Notes: a model not told the origin generated them from the sequence alone. DNA of 64,000 nt from Candidatus Poribacteria bacterium (GCA_965215015.1 OZ244042.1:2528001-2592000), one strand, 5' to 3'. Positions 28,825 to 38,980 are shown, numbered from the stretch's first letter. Made by a program: numbers and translations.

Positions 28825-29092
28825 TCAATCGAGGGTTGCAAGAATATCAATAACAGACATGGAGGCACACTGACCCATTGTTACAATCAGCGGCGACGCC
28901 TGTGATTTTATTGATGTTCTTAAGTTTTCAGCAGCCTCTGTTCTTAAGAGTTCTTCGATAAACTGGTTTTACGAAGAACTACACTTGTTCGTTAAGTTTT
29001 TAGTAAAGGAGCGAAACTGATTTCGTCTCCTTATGCCCGAAATGGGTGTTAAAATCATTTATAAAAAAAGGAGTTTCTGATTACAGCAAGCT

Positions 29093-29674
29093 ATGGATTT
29101 ACAACAGATTAACATCAAGGTCTTCGTCACAGAAGACAGTCATATCAATTACGAAAATTTCATCAGGGTTTTCAACCGATGGATGGCGGAAGGCGGCCCC
29201 GATGAATACCTGAACTACGCTGATTACTCGTTTACCTATGCGGGCCCCGGCGTTCTGCTAATTGCCAAAAGCACAAATTATAGCATAGATGCAGCCAGAA
29301 GTCGGCACGGCTTTCTTTATAACCGGAAGCATAAGGTAGACGGGGATAATCGCGAAAAAATTCATCAGGCATTCATCGAGACACTGCAAAGATGTGTCCG
29401 TTTAGAAGAAGCCGAAGAACTGGAGAACGCAGTGCATCTAAACGGGGATGAAATCCTATTTATGATTAATAACCGCCATATCGCGCCGAATACCCAAGAG
29501 ATGTTTGAGGCGATTCAACCGGATTTAACCGCTGTGCTTGAGCAGATGTACAGTGGGAATGACTTTACTGTTGAACGTACATCTGAAGATGTGCGGGAAC
29601 GGTTTGCAGTTCAAATCTCTGCGCGTTCAGGCAAAGGAATTTCGGATCTGCTAGCGAACTTGGAAAATAATTAG
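29093..29674 (+). CDS. Conserved hypothetical protein, probably sulfur-assimilation associated
   Basis: 193 aa; ADY...GPGVLLI...YNRK pattern that I recall next to sulfite reductase/MoeB genes; co-oriented with moeB. Confidence 0.75.
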   Translation: MDLQQINIKVFVTEDSHINYENFIRVFNRWMAEGGPDEYLNYADYSFTYAGPGVLLIAKSTNYSIDAARSRHGFLYNRKHKVDGDNREKIHQAFIETLQRCVRLEEAEELENAVHLNGDEILFMINNRHIAPNTQEMFEAIQPDLTAVLEQMYSGNDFTVERTSEDVRERFAVQISARSGKGISDLLANLENN

Positions 29675-29712
29675 AATCAATTCTTTGCAGTTCACAACGA
29701 GGAAATTTTTAG

Positions 29713-30519
29713 ATGTACAATTTTAGTAATGAACAAATTGAGCGATATAGTCGACACATCATCCTCAAAGAGGTTGGGGGGATGGGGCAAACCAAGCTGC
29801 TTGAATCGAAGGTACTTCTCATCGGTGCAGGCGGGCTTGGATCACCTGCGGGGTTGTATCTAGCCGCAGCTGGTGTTGGAACGCTCGGAATCGTCGACGA
29901 CGATGTTGTAGATATGAGCAATCTCCAACGACAGGTTCTTCACGGAACGAGTGATGTGGGCAAACTGAAAACAGAGTCCGCAAAGGAAACGCTCGCAGAC
30001 ATCAATCCTGATGTTACAGTTATCACACATACTGAGAAGATTGTTTCGGCAAATGCTTTTGAAATCCTTGAGGATTACGACCTCATTGTTGATGGGTGTG
30101 ATAATTTACCGACCCGCTATCTGTTGAATGATGCCAGTGTGATGCTCGGCAAACCGATTGTGCATGGCAGCATCTTCCAGTTTGAAGGGCAGGTCACTGT
30201 GTTTCATCCCGGCGGGGGACCGTGCTACCGCTGCCTCTACCCGTCACCTCCGCCACCTGATATGGTGCCAAGTTGTCAAGAAGCGGGTGTGATTGGTGTG
30301 TTACCGGGCATTGTCGGGAATGTGCAAGCCGTTGAAGCCATCAAAGTTCTACTTGACATTGGGAAGCCGCTAATCGGTCAACTGCTTCTATTCAACGCTT
30401 TATCGATGGAGTTTAAGAAACTCACGCTTCGTCAAGACCCTGGATGTCCCGCCTGTGGTAAAAACCCAACGATTCACGAATTGATTGACTATGAAGAGTT
30501 TTGTCAAGTGCGTTGGTAA
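29713..30519 (+). CDS. moeB: MoeB/ThiF family adenylyltransferase without rhodanese domain
   Basis: RYSRHI, GAGGLG, SNLQRQ, CYRC, PSCQEAG, CPAC. Confidence 0.9.
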   Translation: MYNFSNEQIERYSRHIILKEVGGMGQTKLLESKVLLIGAGGLGSPAGLYLAAAGVGTLGIVDDDVVDMSNLQRQVLHGTSDVGKLKTESAKETLADINPDVTVITHTEKIVSANAFEILEDYDLIVDGCDNLPTRYLLNDASVMLGKPIVHGSIFQFEGQVTVFHPGGGPCYRCLYPSPPPPDMVPSCQEAGVIGVLPGIVGNVQAVEAIKVLLDIGKPLIGQLLLFNALSMEFKKLTLRQDPGCPACGKNPTIHELIDYEEFCQVRW

Positions 30520-30542
30520 TCTATCAATCCTACACGCACAAC

Positions 30543-30580
30543 AAGCCCCAAGACAGGAGTATGGAGTCTTGGGGCTTTTT
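30543..30580 (+). terminator. Intrinsic terminator
   Basis: AAGCCCCAAGAC...GTCTTGGGGCTTTTT. Confidence 0.75.
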
Positions 30581-30715
30581 AGGTAACATCCGATTCTTGA
30601 TGCAACCCATCCCTACTTTTGTAGCAATATCTACCGCCGTGTCAAGACCTATAAAAAAGCGGCGTGGAGATTGGGTGCCTCGTCAAAAGCATGTTGTAGA
30701 GTGATATGTTTGTGC

Positions 30716-30744
30716 TTGACAGCACCTATGATGGGTGCTATACT
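30716..30744 (+). promoter_or_regulatory. Sigma70 promoter with palindromic spacer
   Basis: TTGACA-17-TATACT; AGCACC-N7-GGTGCT fills the spacer. Confidence 0.7.
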
Positions 30745-30863
30745 AAAGCCTATTCTAAAAAATAAATTGCACCCGCAATAAAGCCTATCCAATCGTGAGG
30801 CTGCGAAGATCTGGGCCTTTGAGGATAGGTCAATATAAAAACTGTGAAAGGAGCTATTGAATC

Positions 30864-31910
30864 ATGTTGACAAAAAGAGTGGTTTTATTAGGAATGATTG
30901 TATTGGCGGCTGTGTTGGTAACAACCGGACTCCATGCTAGCGGACAGTGGAACATTTTGCAACAAAGTGATCAAGAGGATGTTCGGAATTATAATGGAAT
31001 TGCTTTTGTGAGTCCCGAGGAGGGTTGGGTCGCCGGTGTTTCAGAGTTAGATATGGAGAATCCCGGATATATTGGGCACACCATGGACGGGGGTAAAACG
31101 TGGGAAAAACAAGAAGCGGGAGATCCTATCAATCAGATGCTCACAGATATCTACTTTTTTGATAAGAAACATGGGTGGGCAGTCGGAGAAGCAGGGTTGA
31201 TTGTTGGAACGGCAAACGCTGGCAAACGCTGGGATATCCAAACGAGCAAGGTCGGAAATGCTCTTAAAGGCGTTCACTTTGTGAGTCCCAAAACAGGTTA
31301 TGCGGTTGGAATGAATGAGACAATTGTTCAGACCAGCAACGGTGGAAAACAATGGAACCTGCTTCGCGGCGGTGAGGTTGCCGCTGCTGTGGGCGATGAA
31401 GAAACAATCGTGTTTAATGCTGTTCAATTTATTGATGAGTCTAGCGGCTGGGTGACAGGGGTTAGGATTAGTCCGGAAACCGGGGGCCAAGATGGCTTAG
31501 TTCAGAAAACTACTGATGGCGGACAAACATGGATGGACCAACCCACAAATATCTCGGATATTCTCGAAGACATTTTCTTTATAGATGCCGATAACGGTTG
31601 GACGGTTGGGGAAAACGGAGTCGTCTTACACACCACAAACGGTGGTAATACTTGGGATATTCAAACAAGTGGGACGGAGGAAAAGCTATTGAGTGTCAGC
31701 TTTGCCGATACTGCTGTCGGCTGGGCCACTGGGGGCGATCTCGGCGTCAACGTTATCATTCATACAACCGACGGTGGAACGACATGGGTAACGCAGACCA
31801 TTGAGGACCCCGTTATTAGTAAGATGCCTGTGTATGGTGTTTTTGCGTTAGACGCAAAGAACGTTTGGGCTACAGGTCTGAACGGTTTTGTTTTGTCATC
31901 TTCAAAGTAG
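30864..31910 (+). CDS. Exported YCF48-like beta-propeller
   Basis: Repeated GWxVG...TxDGGxTW Asp-box units; signal peptide. Confidence 0.9.
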   Translation: MLTKRVVLLGMIVLAAVLVTTGLHASGQWNILQQSDQEDVRNYNGIAFVSPEEGWVAGVSELDMENPGYIGHTMDGGKTWEKQEAGDPINQMLTDIYFFDKKHGWAVGEAGLIVGTANAGKRWDIQTSKVGNALKGVHFVSPKTGYAVGMNETIVQTSNGGKQWNLLRGGEVAAAVGDEETIVFNAVQFIDESSGWVTGVRISPETGGQDGLVQKTTDGGQTWMDQPTNISDILEDIFFIDADNGWTVGENGVVLHTTNGGNTWDIQTSGTEEKLLSVSFADTAVGWATGGDLGVNVIIHTTDGGTTWVTQTIEDPVISKMPVYGVFALDAKNVWATGLNGFVLSSSK

Positions 31911-31973
31911 AACCTATCAGTTTGATTGCAACCCTAAGTTAGGAGAATCTATTTTCAAAAATTGAGGTGATAG

Positions 31974-33140
31974 ATGAATTTTGCAGATCGAATGGACCGT
32001 TTGGGAACGGAATCTGCCTTCGAGGTACTTGCCAAAGCCAAGGAATTAGAAGCGCAGGGTAGAGACATCGTCCATCTCGAAATTGGTCAGCCAGATTTCA
32101 TAACCCCTGCGAATATTTGCGAGGCAGCCTTCAAGGCAATGAAGGATGGTCACACCGGATATGGACCATCTGCGGGTTTATTGGAGTTTCGTGAAGTTAT
32201 CGCTGAGCATATTTCGGAGACGCGGGGTGTAGAGATTCATCCGGATGAAGTCACTGTTACACCCGGTGCCAAGCCTATCATTTTCTTTACCATTTTGGCA
32301 CTTATCAATGAAGGAGATGAAGTTATCTATCCTAACCCCGGATTTCCGATTTATGAATCTGTCATTGATTTCATTGACGGGAAAGCAGTCCCTTTGCCAT
32401 TACGTGAGGAGGTTGATTTTCGCTTCCGGATTGAAGATCTTGAGGCTTTCATCTCGGATCGGACGAAACTGTTGATTATCAACTCACCACAAAACCCGAC
32501 AGGCGGCACGTTGGCAAAAAGTGATTTGGAAGCAATTGCCGAGCTAGCAATTAAGCACGATTTCTATGTGCTGACAGATGAGGTATATTCGCGAATCCTT
32601 TATGAAGGTGTCCATGATAGTCTCATCAGTCTACCGGGTATGAAGGAGCGCACGATTCTGCTTGAGGGACATTCCAAGACCTATGCTATGACCGGCTGGC
32701 GGTTGGGTTATGGGATAGCTCCCACAGAATTGGCGGATAAGATTACACAGTTGACTATAAATTCCAACTCGTGCACTGCAACTTTCACGCAATTTGCAGG
32801 GATAGAGGCACTGAAGGGGCCGCAGGATTTTGTCCACGAAATGGTTACTGAGTTTAGAACACGACGTGACGCAATTGTTGACGGTCTCAATGCAATTGAG
32901 GGTGTGAGTTGTATCAAACCCCTTGGTGCATTCTACGTGTTCCCGAATGTCTCACAGCTGCCCCTTTCCTGCCAAGACCTATCGGACTACCTGCTTGAAG
33001 ACGCAGGGGTTGCAGTCTTGCCGGGCACTGCTTTTGGTAAACTTGGCGATGGCTACTTGAGACTGTCGTATGCAAATTCGCTGGAGAATATTCAGGAAGC
33101 CCTAGCCCGGATGGATTCAGCAATTTCAAGGATTCGGTAG
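31974..33140 (+). CDS. Class I/II PLP aminotransferase (aspartate aminotransferase-like)
   Basis: IGQPDF, NSPQNPTG, DEVY, SKTYAMTGWRLG. Confidence 0.93.
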   Translation: MNFADRMDRLGTESAFEVLAKAKELEAQGRDIVHLEIGQPDFITPANICEAAFKAMKDGHTGYGPSAGLLEFREVIAEHISETRGVEIHPDEVTVTPGAKPIIFFTILALINEGDEVIYPNPGFPIYESVIDFIDGKAVPLPLREEVDFRFRIEDLEAFISDRTKLLIINSPQNPTGGTLAKSDLEAIAELAIKHDFYVLTDEVYSRILYEGVHDSLISLPGMKERTILLEGHSKTYAMTGWRLGYGIAPTELADKITQLTINSNSCTATFTQFAGIEALKGPQDFVHEMVTEFRTRRDAIVDGLNAIEGVSCIKPLGAFYVFPNVSQLPLSCQDLSDYLLEDAGVAVLPGTAFGKLGDGYLRLSYANSLENIQEALARMDSAISRIR

Positions 33141-33168
33141 TTGCTTTTAATTTTCGCAGGTAAACTTG

Positions 33169-34083
33169 ATGTCCAACAAAGCAACCGCTCGTGTTCCAGC
33201 GAGCACAACAAACCTAGGACCGGGCTTTGATGTCCTTGGGTTAGCCCTACAACTTTATAGCACTATCTCGCTTGAAGATATTGACGAGGGGACGGAAATT
33301 GAGGTCACCGGCGTTGATGTGGATAAGCTCTCCAACAACGAGAGCAATATTGCTTACCGAGCCGCAAAATTGGTTTTCGACAAGTGTGGATATAAGCCGA
33401 CAGGTTTGCGATTGGTTCTAACAAATGGCATTCCCGCAATCCGGGGATTGGGAGGCAGTGGCACAGCAATACTCGGTGGATTGTTGACAGCCAATGCCTT
33501 ATGTGATGAACCGTTTTCTCGGTCTGAACTGCTCGATTTTGCCACAGAGTTTGAAGGGCATCCGGATAATGTTGCTGCATCACTGCTAGGTGGTTTGGTT
33601 ATATCTATGATGCGGGGTAACCACGTACATTCGATCCAATTGGATTGTGGTTCAGATCTGCGTGTTGTTGTGGCAATCCCCGACTTTTCGTTGTCCACCG
33701 AAGCAGCCCGTAGCGTTCTGCCCCAAACAGTTGATTTCGCTGATGCTATCCACAATGTGAGCCGTTCTTCGATGCTAGTGGCAGCAATTGCAACAGGCAA
33801 ATTAGACATGTTATCACTTGCCATGGCAGATCGACTCCATCAGCCGTATCGAACTTCTCTGATCCCCGGATTTGATGATGTGGCTGAATCCGCAATGCGT
33901 GCAGGAGCATTAAGTGTGGCTCTGAGTGGAGCGGGCCCCAGTGTTGCAGCTTACTGCACAACATCAACGGATGAGGTCGGTTCACAAATGAGTGAAGCGT
34001 TTGAGCGAAATCAGATTTCTTGCGACATCAAGGTGTTATCCATCGATTCCGCCGGCGCAACTGTGCAGATGAGCAAAATCTAA
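33169..34083 (+). CDS. thrB: Homoserine kinase
   Basis: PASTTNLGPGFD, EGHPDN, DRLHQPYR, LSGAGP. Confidence 0.95.
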   Translation: MSNKATARVPASTTNLGPGFDVLGLALQLYSTISLEDIDEGTEIEVTGVDVDKLSNNESNIAYRAAKLVFDKCGYKPTGLRLVLTNGIPAIRGLGGSGTAILGGLLTANALCDEPFSRSELLDFATEFEGHPDNVAASLLGGLVISMMRGNHVHSIQLDCGSDLRVVVAIPDFSLSTEAARSVLPQTVDFADAIHNVSRSSMLVAAIATGKLDMLSLAMADRLHQPYRTSLIPGFDDVAESAMRAGALSVALSGAGPSVAAYCTTSTDEVGSQMSEAFERNQISCDIKVLSIDSAGATVQMSKI

Positions 34084-34200
34084 TCACCTGAAATCTGTTT
34101 TCTAGATTCTTAGCCAATCCGTTGATTCTTCCCTCCTACCTCTTATTTTCTGTTTCGTTCACTATTTACTGGGCATTGTAAAAAGTAACAGAGCGAGCAA

Positions 34201-35499
34201 ATGATGAATACAGACACCGCAAAAATCTACACAAAGGGCGGCAGAGGCGGAAACGGCTGCATCAGTTTTCGTCGAGAAAAGTTTGTGCAGCGCGGCGGGC
34301 CGAATGGTGGCGACGGTGGGCAAGGTGGAAGTGTCATTTTAGAAGTTACGGAGGGGATGAGCACCCTCATCGATTTCCGATACAATCCTCATCAAGTTGC
34401 GGAGAATGGTCAACACGGCATGGGGAAACTGATGCACGGGGCGGATGCAGCAGATAGAATCGTCAAAGTCCCAGCGGGTACGATTGTGCGGGTGCCAGAG
34501 ACGGAGGAGGTCATTGCCGACCTGAAGGAGATAGGGCAGCGTGCAGTTGTCGCACGGGGTGGAATTGGTGGCAAAGGAAATGCACGTTTCAAGAGCAGCA
34601 CGTTTCAGACCCCACGTGTCGCTGAGAAGGGAGAACCGGGGGAAGAACGTACTATCGCGCTAGAGGTCAAGCTGATTGCAGACGTTGGCTTGGTCGGCTA
34701 TCCAAATGGAGGTAAATCGACGCTGCTCGCACGGACCTCCGCCGCAAAGCCGAAGATTGCGGACTACCCCTTTACAACACTGACTCCCAACTTAGGCGTT
34801 GTCCGAGTGGATCCTGAACACAACTTTGTGCTTGCAGATATTCCCGGTCTCATTGAGGGCGCACATGAAGGGGCAGGGCTGGGGCACGACTTTCTGCGGC
34901 ATATCGAGCGGACGAAGATGCTCCTCCACGTCATCGATACTGCTTCCATCGATGGACGCGACCCAATCACCGATTACGAACAGATCAACACAGAGCTCGA
35001 ACGGTACAACCCCCGCTTAACTCGCCTGCCACAGTTAATTGTCCTTAATAAAATGGACCTGCCCGATGCACAGACTAATTTGCAGCGCGTCAAAGATTAC
35101 TTCGGGAAACGGCGTGTCTTTCCGATCTCTGCGGTCACTGGTGAGGGAGTAGACCGGCTGATTAGAGCAACCTACCAACTTCTGCAGCGGATAAATGAAC
35201 GAATCCGTGAGAGACAAGAAGCCGTGGAGCCTCAACCAACCTTCCACATCCCCAAACCTAATGAACGATTTGAACTTATTGCGCGGAAAGATCGTTTTAT
35301 CGTGCGCGGCGAAGAACCGCGTCGCGCTGTTCTCATGACCGATATGGAAAATGATCAGGCATTGGTTCTCCTCCATCGGAAACTGAAAAAAATGGGCGTC
35401 CTGAATGCACTCATCAAAGCTGGTGTCACGGAAGGCGATACTGTTCAGGTTGATGCCTTCGAGTTTACGTTCAGTCCTGATGAAATCAACACACATTGA
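34201..35499 (+). CDS. obgE: GTPase Obg/CgtA with C-terminal OCT domain
   Basis: SFRREK, GGPNGGDGG, KIADYPFTT, DIPGLIEGA, NKMD. Confidence 0.97.
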   Translation: MMNTDTAKIYTKGGRGGNGCISFRREKFVQRGGPNGGDGGQGGSVILEVTEGMSTLIDFRYNPHQVAENGQHGMGKLMHGADAADRIVKVPAGTIVRVPETEEVIADLKEIGQRAVVARGGIGGKGNARFKSSTFQTPRVAEKGEPGEERTIALEVKLIADVGLVGYPNGGKSTLLARTSAAKPKIADYPFTTLTPNLGVVRVDPEHNFVLADIPGLIEGAHEGAGLGHDFLRHIERTKMLLHVIDTASIDGRDPITDYEQINTELERYNPRLTRLPQLIVLNKMDLPDAQTNLQRVKDYFGKRRVFPISAVTGEGVDRLIRATYQLLQRINERIRERQEAVEPQPTFHIPKPNERFELIARKDRFIVRGEEPRRAVLMTDMENDQALVLLHRKLKKMGVLNALIKAGVTEGDTVQVDAFEFTFSPDEINTH

Positions 35500-36628
35500 A
35501 CCTCGCCAACTGTTAGCGCGTGCTCGACGAGTGGTTGTGAAGGTTGGCAGCACAACCGTTTCAGAGAACTTTGACCTGAATCACGAGCGTTTAGACGCAT
35601 TGGTGCAGGATCTCGCATCAGTAAAACAAACGGGCAAAGAGGTTATTCTCGTTACCTCTGGTGCAATCGCCGCAGGCACAGGCAAATTGGGGCTCACACA
35701 ACGCCCACAAACGCTCCCCGGATTGCAGGCGGCGGCGTCAGTTGGACAGACCCGCTTGATGCACGCTTACGAGCATCGATTTTCGCAATACAACCAGATT
35801 ACAGGGATGATGCTACTGACACAGGATGACTTCAATTTCCGCGAGCGCTATACACATATGAGCAATACGCTACGCGCTCTGATGCGGCTTGGCATCCTTC
35901 CGATTATCAACGAAAATGATACCGTCGCAGTTGAGGAAATCAAGGTCGGTGATAATGATACGTTGGCGGCTTATGTGACTAATCTTGCGGAGGCGGATTT
36001 ACTGATTATCTTATCAGATCAGGATGGGTTTTATACCGCAGACCCGCGCAAGGATCCGGAAGCAAAATTGATTAGTCTTGTCTATGATGTTACCGATGAA
36101 CTCAAACGGTCCGCGGGAAGTGCGGGCAGCCAGAGCGGCACCGGCGGCATGGCTACGAAATTACACGCTGCCGAAATTGTGACCGGATCGGGTGAGATGA
36201 TGGTGCTTGCGAATGGCACCGAACCCCAAGTCGTCAACAGAGTACTAGCGGGTGAAAAGATAGGGACGCTGTTTCTCCCGCAGGAGCGGATGTCAGGACG
36301 GAAACGCTGGATTGCCTATTCACGCCTACCGAAAGGTCGCCTATTTGTGGACAGTGGGGCGCGCCGTGCATTGGTCCATCACGGCAGAAGTCTCCTACCA
36401 TCTGGAATTCAACGGGTAGAAGGAAATTTTAGGCACGGAGACACCGTCTCCTGTCAAGACGAAGATGGAGTTGAACTCGCTAGGGGATTGGTCAATTATA
36501 ACACCCACGAATTGAAGCGGATTATGGGCAAACAGACCAGCGAAATTGAAAAGGTCCTCGGCTATTACTATTATAACGAAGTGATTCACCGGGATAATTT
36601 GGTTGTGATGCACAGGACAGAAACGTGA
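35480..36628 (+). CDS. proB: Glutamate 5-kinase with PUA domain
   Basis: VVKVGS, INENDTV, GDNDTL, GTGGMATK, EVIHRDNLV. Confidence 0.96.
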   Translation: MKSTHIEPRQLLARARRVVVKVGSTTVSENFDLNHERLDALVQDLASVKQTGKEVILVTSGAIAAGTGKLGLTQRPQTLPGLQAAASVGQTRLMHAYEHRFSQYNQITGMMLLTQDDFNFRERYTHMSNTLRALMRLGILPIINENDTVAVEEIKVGDNDTLAAYVTNLAEADLLIILSDQDGFYTADPRKDPEAKLISLVYDVTDELKRSAGSAGSQSGTGGMATKLHAAEIVTGSGEMMVLANGTEPQVVNRVLAGEKIGTLFLPQERMSGRKRWIAYSRLPKGRLFVDSGARRALVHHGRSLLPSGIQRVEGNFRHGDTVSCQDEDGVELARGLVNYNTHELKRIMGKQTSEIEKVLGYYYYNEVIHRDNLVVMHRTET

Positions 36629-36702
36629 GAAGGGTATGGCACTCAATCCAAAATATCCGATAGTAACAAAGCCAGCCGTGATAGTGGAAGAAGAACAGCA
36701 CT

Positions 36703-36739
36703 AAAAAACGGGCTTCAAAGATTAAATCTCTGAAGCCCG
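36703..36739 (-). terminator. Intrinsic terminator between convergent genes
   Basis: CGGGCTTCA...TGAAGCCCG stem with T6 on minus strand. Confidence 0.7.
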
Positions 36740-36780
36740 CTGACAATTATAGTGTTTCGATTGGAATTTAGAAGATCGAT

Positions 36781-37248
36781 TTAATTCAATTTGTCGAGCT
36801 CACTCAGCACCTGATTCACCGCAAGGGTATTGTCTGGGGGTGCATCTTCGACATGCTTGAAAACGATATTGCCTGCCTCGTCAATGATGATAACGCCGCG
36901 GTTCGTGATACCGACCTCTTCAAGTGCCATTCCAAACTGCTTCGATACCTCAAGATTCATGTCAGCTAGGAGCGGGAACTTAACACCGCCAAGATGTTCG
37001 CTCCACGCTTTATGTGCAAACGCTGAATCACGATTTATCGCGATGATCTCAGCATTTTTCGCACGAATCTCATCAACCTTTTCATTAAAATCGGGAATCT
37101 GTACGGAGCATACCGGCGAGAAATCAAGGGGATAAAATATCACCACGAGATTCTTCCCTTTGAAGTTGTCCAAAGAAACCTCTGTATCCTCGGATCCGAG
37201 AGTGCCTGTGAGTGTAAAATCAGGTGCCGCACTTCCTACATCTGCCAT
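36781..37248 (-). CDS. AhpC/TSA family peroxiredoxin (one Cys)
   Basis: FYPLDFSPVC, FPLLAD; CAGGAGG RBS before ATG 37248. Confidence 0.92.
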   Translation of the reverse strand: MADVGSAAPDFTLTGTLGSEDTEVSLDNFKGKNLVVIFYPLDFSPVCSVQIPDFNEKVDEIRAKNAEIIAINRDSAFAHKAWSEHLGGVKFPLLADMNLEVSKQFGMALEEVGITNRGVIIIDEAGNIVFKHVEDAPPDNTLAVNQVLSELDKLN

Positions 37249-37314
37249 TGAGTAGACCTCCTGTAAACATTTTGTCGTGATTCGATAGTTGGTACAGTTA
37301 TGTTTGCATCGCAA

Positions 37315-37343
37315 AGTCTATCACAAATTCAGAAAAGTGTCAA
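37315..37343 (-). promoter_or_regulatory. Sigma70 promoter for peroxiredoxin
   Basis: TTGACA-17-TAGACT with TG extension. Confidence 0.65.
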
Positions 37344-37468
37344 GCGGAGAGTAAGACTATGGATTACTGAATGCCCTAACCCCGATTGTTTTGCAGGTGA
37401 TGGGTAAATTCATTGCCTTCAAACGCTCTAAATTTCCGCAAAGGCGACAAGAAAAGGTAGGCTCAAAG

Positions 37469-38500
37469 ATGGAACACAACTTCAACATTAAGCTTCTGTT
37501 GCTGCTCCTCCTGTTGTGTGTATGGAATCCATTTGGCGCGCCACCGACACATGCCAATCCGAAGGGAGCTATCGCGTTTCTCTCAAATCGAAACAATCCT
37601 GATGAGCCACGGTTGTATACAACCATTTATCTAATCAACGCTAATGGCATGGACGAACGGCTGTGGCTTGAAAATCCTGAAGGTTTTTCCGGTATGACGT
37701 GGTCCCCTGATGGCAAATCGGTTGCCTTGGCTCAGTATGATGCCGATGAGGGCAGTCACATTTTTGTGAGGAATCTTCGTACTAGGCAGCAAAAGAATAT
37801 CACTGCCCAATGGGTGGGATGGCGACGGAGTTTTGGAGGCCCGTCCTGGTCCCCTGATGGCAAGTGGTTAGCTGTGACATGTTCTAAATTGGATGTGGGA
37901 GATGACGATGTGTGTCGCATGACCGCCGATGGAGACCAGTTGCAAATTCTGATGCGGGAGGCGCGGGGAATCTTTAGCTCTTCTCCCTCCTGGTCCCCCC
38001 ACGGTGATAAAATTGCATTTAACAGAGAAGCCGAAATCTTTGTGATGGACCGTAACGGTAGAAACCGGGTTAGATTGTCCCAACAGGGAGACGTGAGCGA
38101 TTGGAGACCTGCTTGGTCCCCCGACGGGACAAAGATAGCGTTCGACTCCAATCGAGACGCACAACCACCCCTCCTAGGGATAGAAGATGATATCTACGTG
38201 ATGAATGCTGATGGTTCCAACGTTGTTCGATTGACCGATCATCCCTCGGCGGACCGTATGCCTGCATGGTCACCTGATGGAAGGTGGATTGCTTTCCAGT
38301 CTCTGCGAGATGGCACGATTCAAAATCGCAACTGGAATATTTACATCATGGATGCCAACGGAGAGAATGAGAGGCGACTGACGGATCATCCGGGACGGGA
38401 CGTTAGACCGACTTGGGTGATTCCCGACCGGTTCCTCCCTGTTGATACACGAGGCAACTGTGTCACATTTTGGGGACGGCTGAGATCAGAACGGCAATGA
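37469..38500 (+). CDS. Exported TolB-like PD40-repeat beta-propeller
   Basis: Repeated PAWSPDG..IAF.S.RD and IYVMNADG; signal peptide. Confidence 0.9.
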   Translation: MEHNFNIKLLLLLLLLCVWNPFGAPPTHANPKGAIAFLSNRNNPDEPRLYTTIYLINANGMDERLWLENPEGFSGMTWSPDGKSVALAQYDADEGSHIFVRNLRTRQQKNITAQWVGWRRSFGGPSWSPDGKWLAVTCSKLDVGDDDVCRMTADGDQLQILMREARGIFSSSPSWSPHGDKIAFNREAEIFVMDRNGRNRVRLSQQGDVSDWRPAWSPDGTKIAFDSNRDAQPPLLGIEDDIYVMNADGSNVVRLTDHPSADRMPAWSPDGRWIAFQSLRDGTIQNRNWNIYIMDANGENERRLTDHPGRDVRPTWVIPDRFLPVDTRGNCVTFWGRLRSERQ

Positions 38501-38559
38501 GGGATGAAACCGCGGTATTGATTAAAAGAAAAAGATAAGACGGATAAATTGCTTGCGGG

Positions 38560-38850
38560 TTATTTTTTTAATGCTGACCCCTTGTCTATAAACCACCGGT
38601 GCCACCGCTGCCACATCAATTTTCGCTTGAGATCTTTCACATGGATCCGATGCACAAACAACCGTTTTCCTTCCAACTCAAGCACAGGAATTAGTTCTTT
38701 ATATTTTGTGAACAGCCCCAAGTTCGTCGTGATGTCAATTTCTTCAATCTGGATTGGAAATTGCGCTGCAAGCAATTCAAGTGATTCCTTCGCTTCATCA
38801 CAAAGGGGACAATCGGCTTTCGTGTAAAGTTGGAGTTTGATTGTATCCAT
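38560..38850 (-). CDS. Glutaredoxin-like protein (DUF836 type)
   Basis: LYTKADCPLCDEA, IPVL. Confidence 0.88.
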   Translation of the reverse strand: MDTIKLQLYTKADCPLCDEAKESLELLAAQFPIQIEEIDITTNLGLFTKYKELIPVLELEGKRLFVHRIHVKDLKRKLMWQRWHRWFIDKGSALKK

Positions 38851-38980
38851 TAACTGGGTCCTTCAAGTCATGGCTGTGTACGGGACTCATCGAGTGATGG
38901 GCAGATAGACAACAATCATAAACATCTCTATTTTCGCAGAAATATGTATCACCGTCAAACCTTTTTAGCGTCATTCTGGC

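Larger units (their letters stand above)
26066..29180 (+). repeat. Tandem duplication, unit ~1.56 kb (26066-27629 and 27628-29180)
   Basis: Both units start ATACGGAACCAATGTTGG and end AGGGTTTTCAACCGAT; 2-bp AT overlap at junction. Confidence 0.95.

Noticed and set aside
30721-30739. CIRCE element
   Set aside because: Arms and spacing do not match TTAGCACTC-N9-GAGTGCTAA and no chaperone genes follow
37469-38500. True tolB
   Set aside because: No TolB N-terminal domain and no tol-pal neighbours
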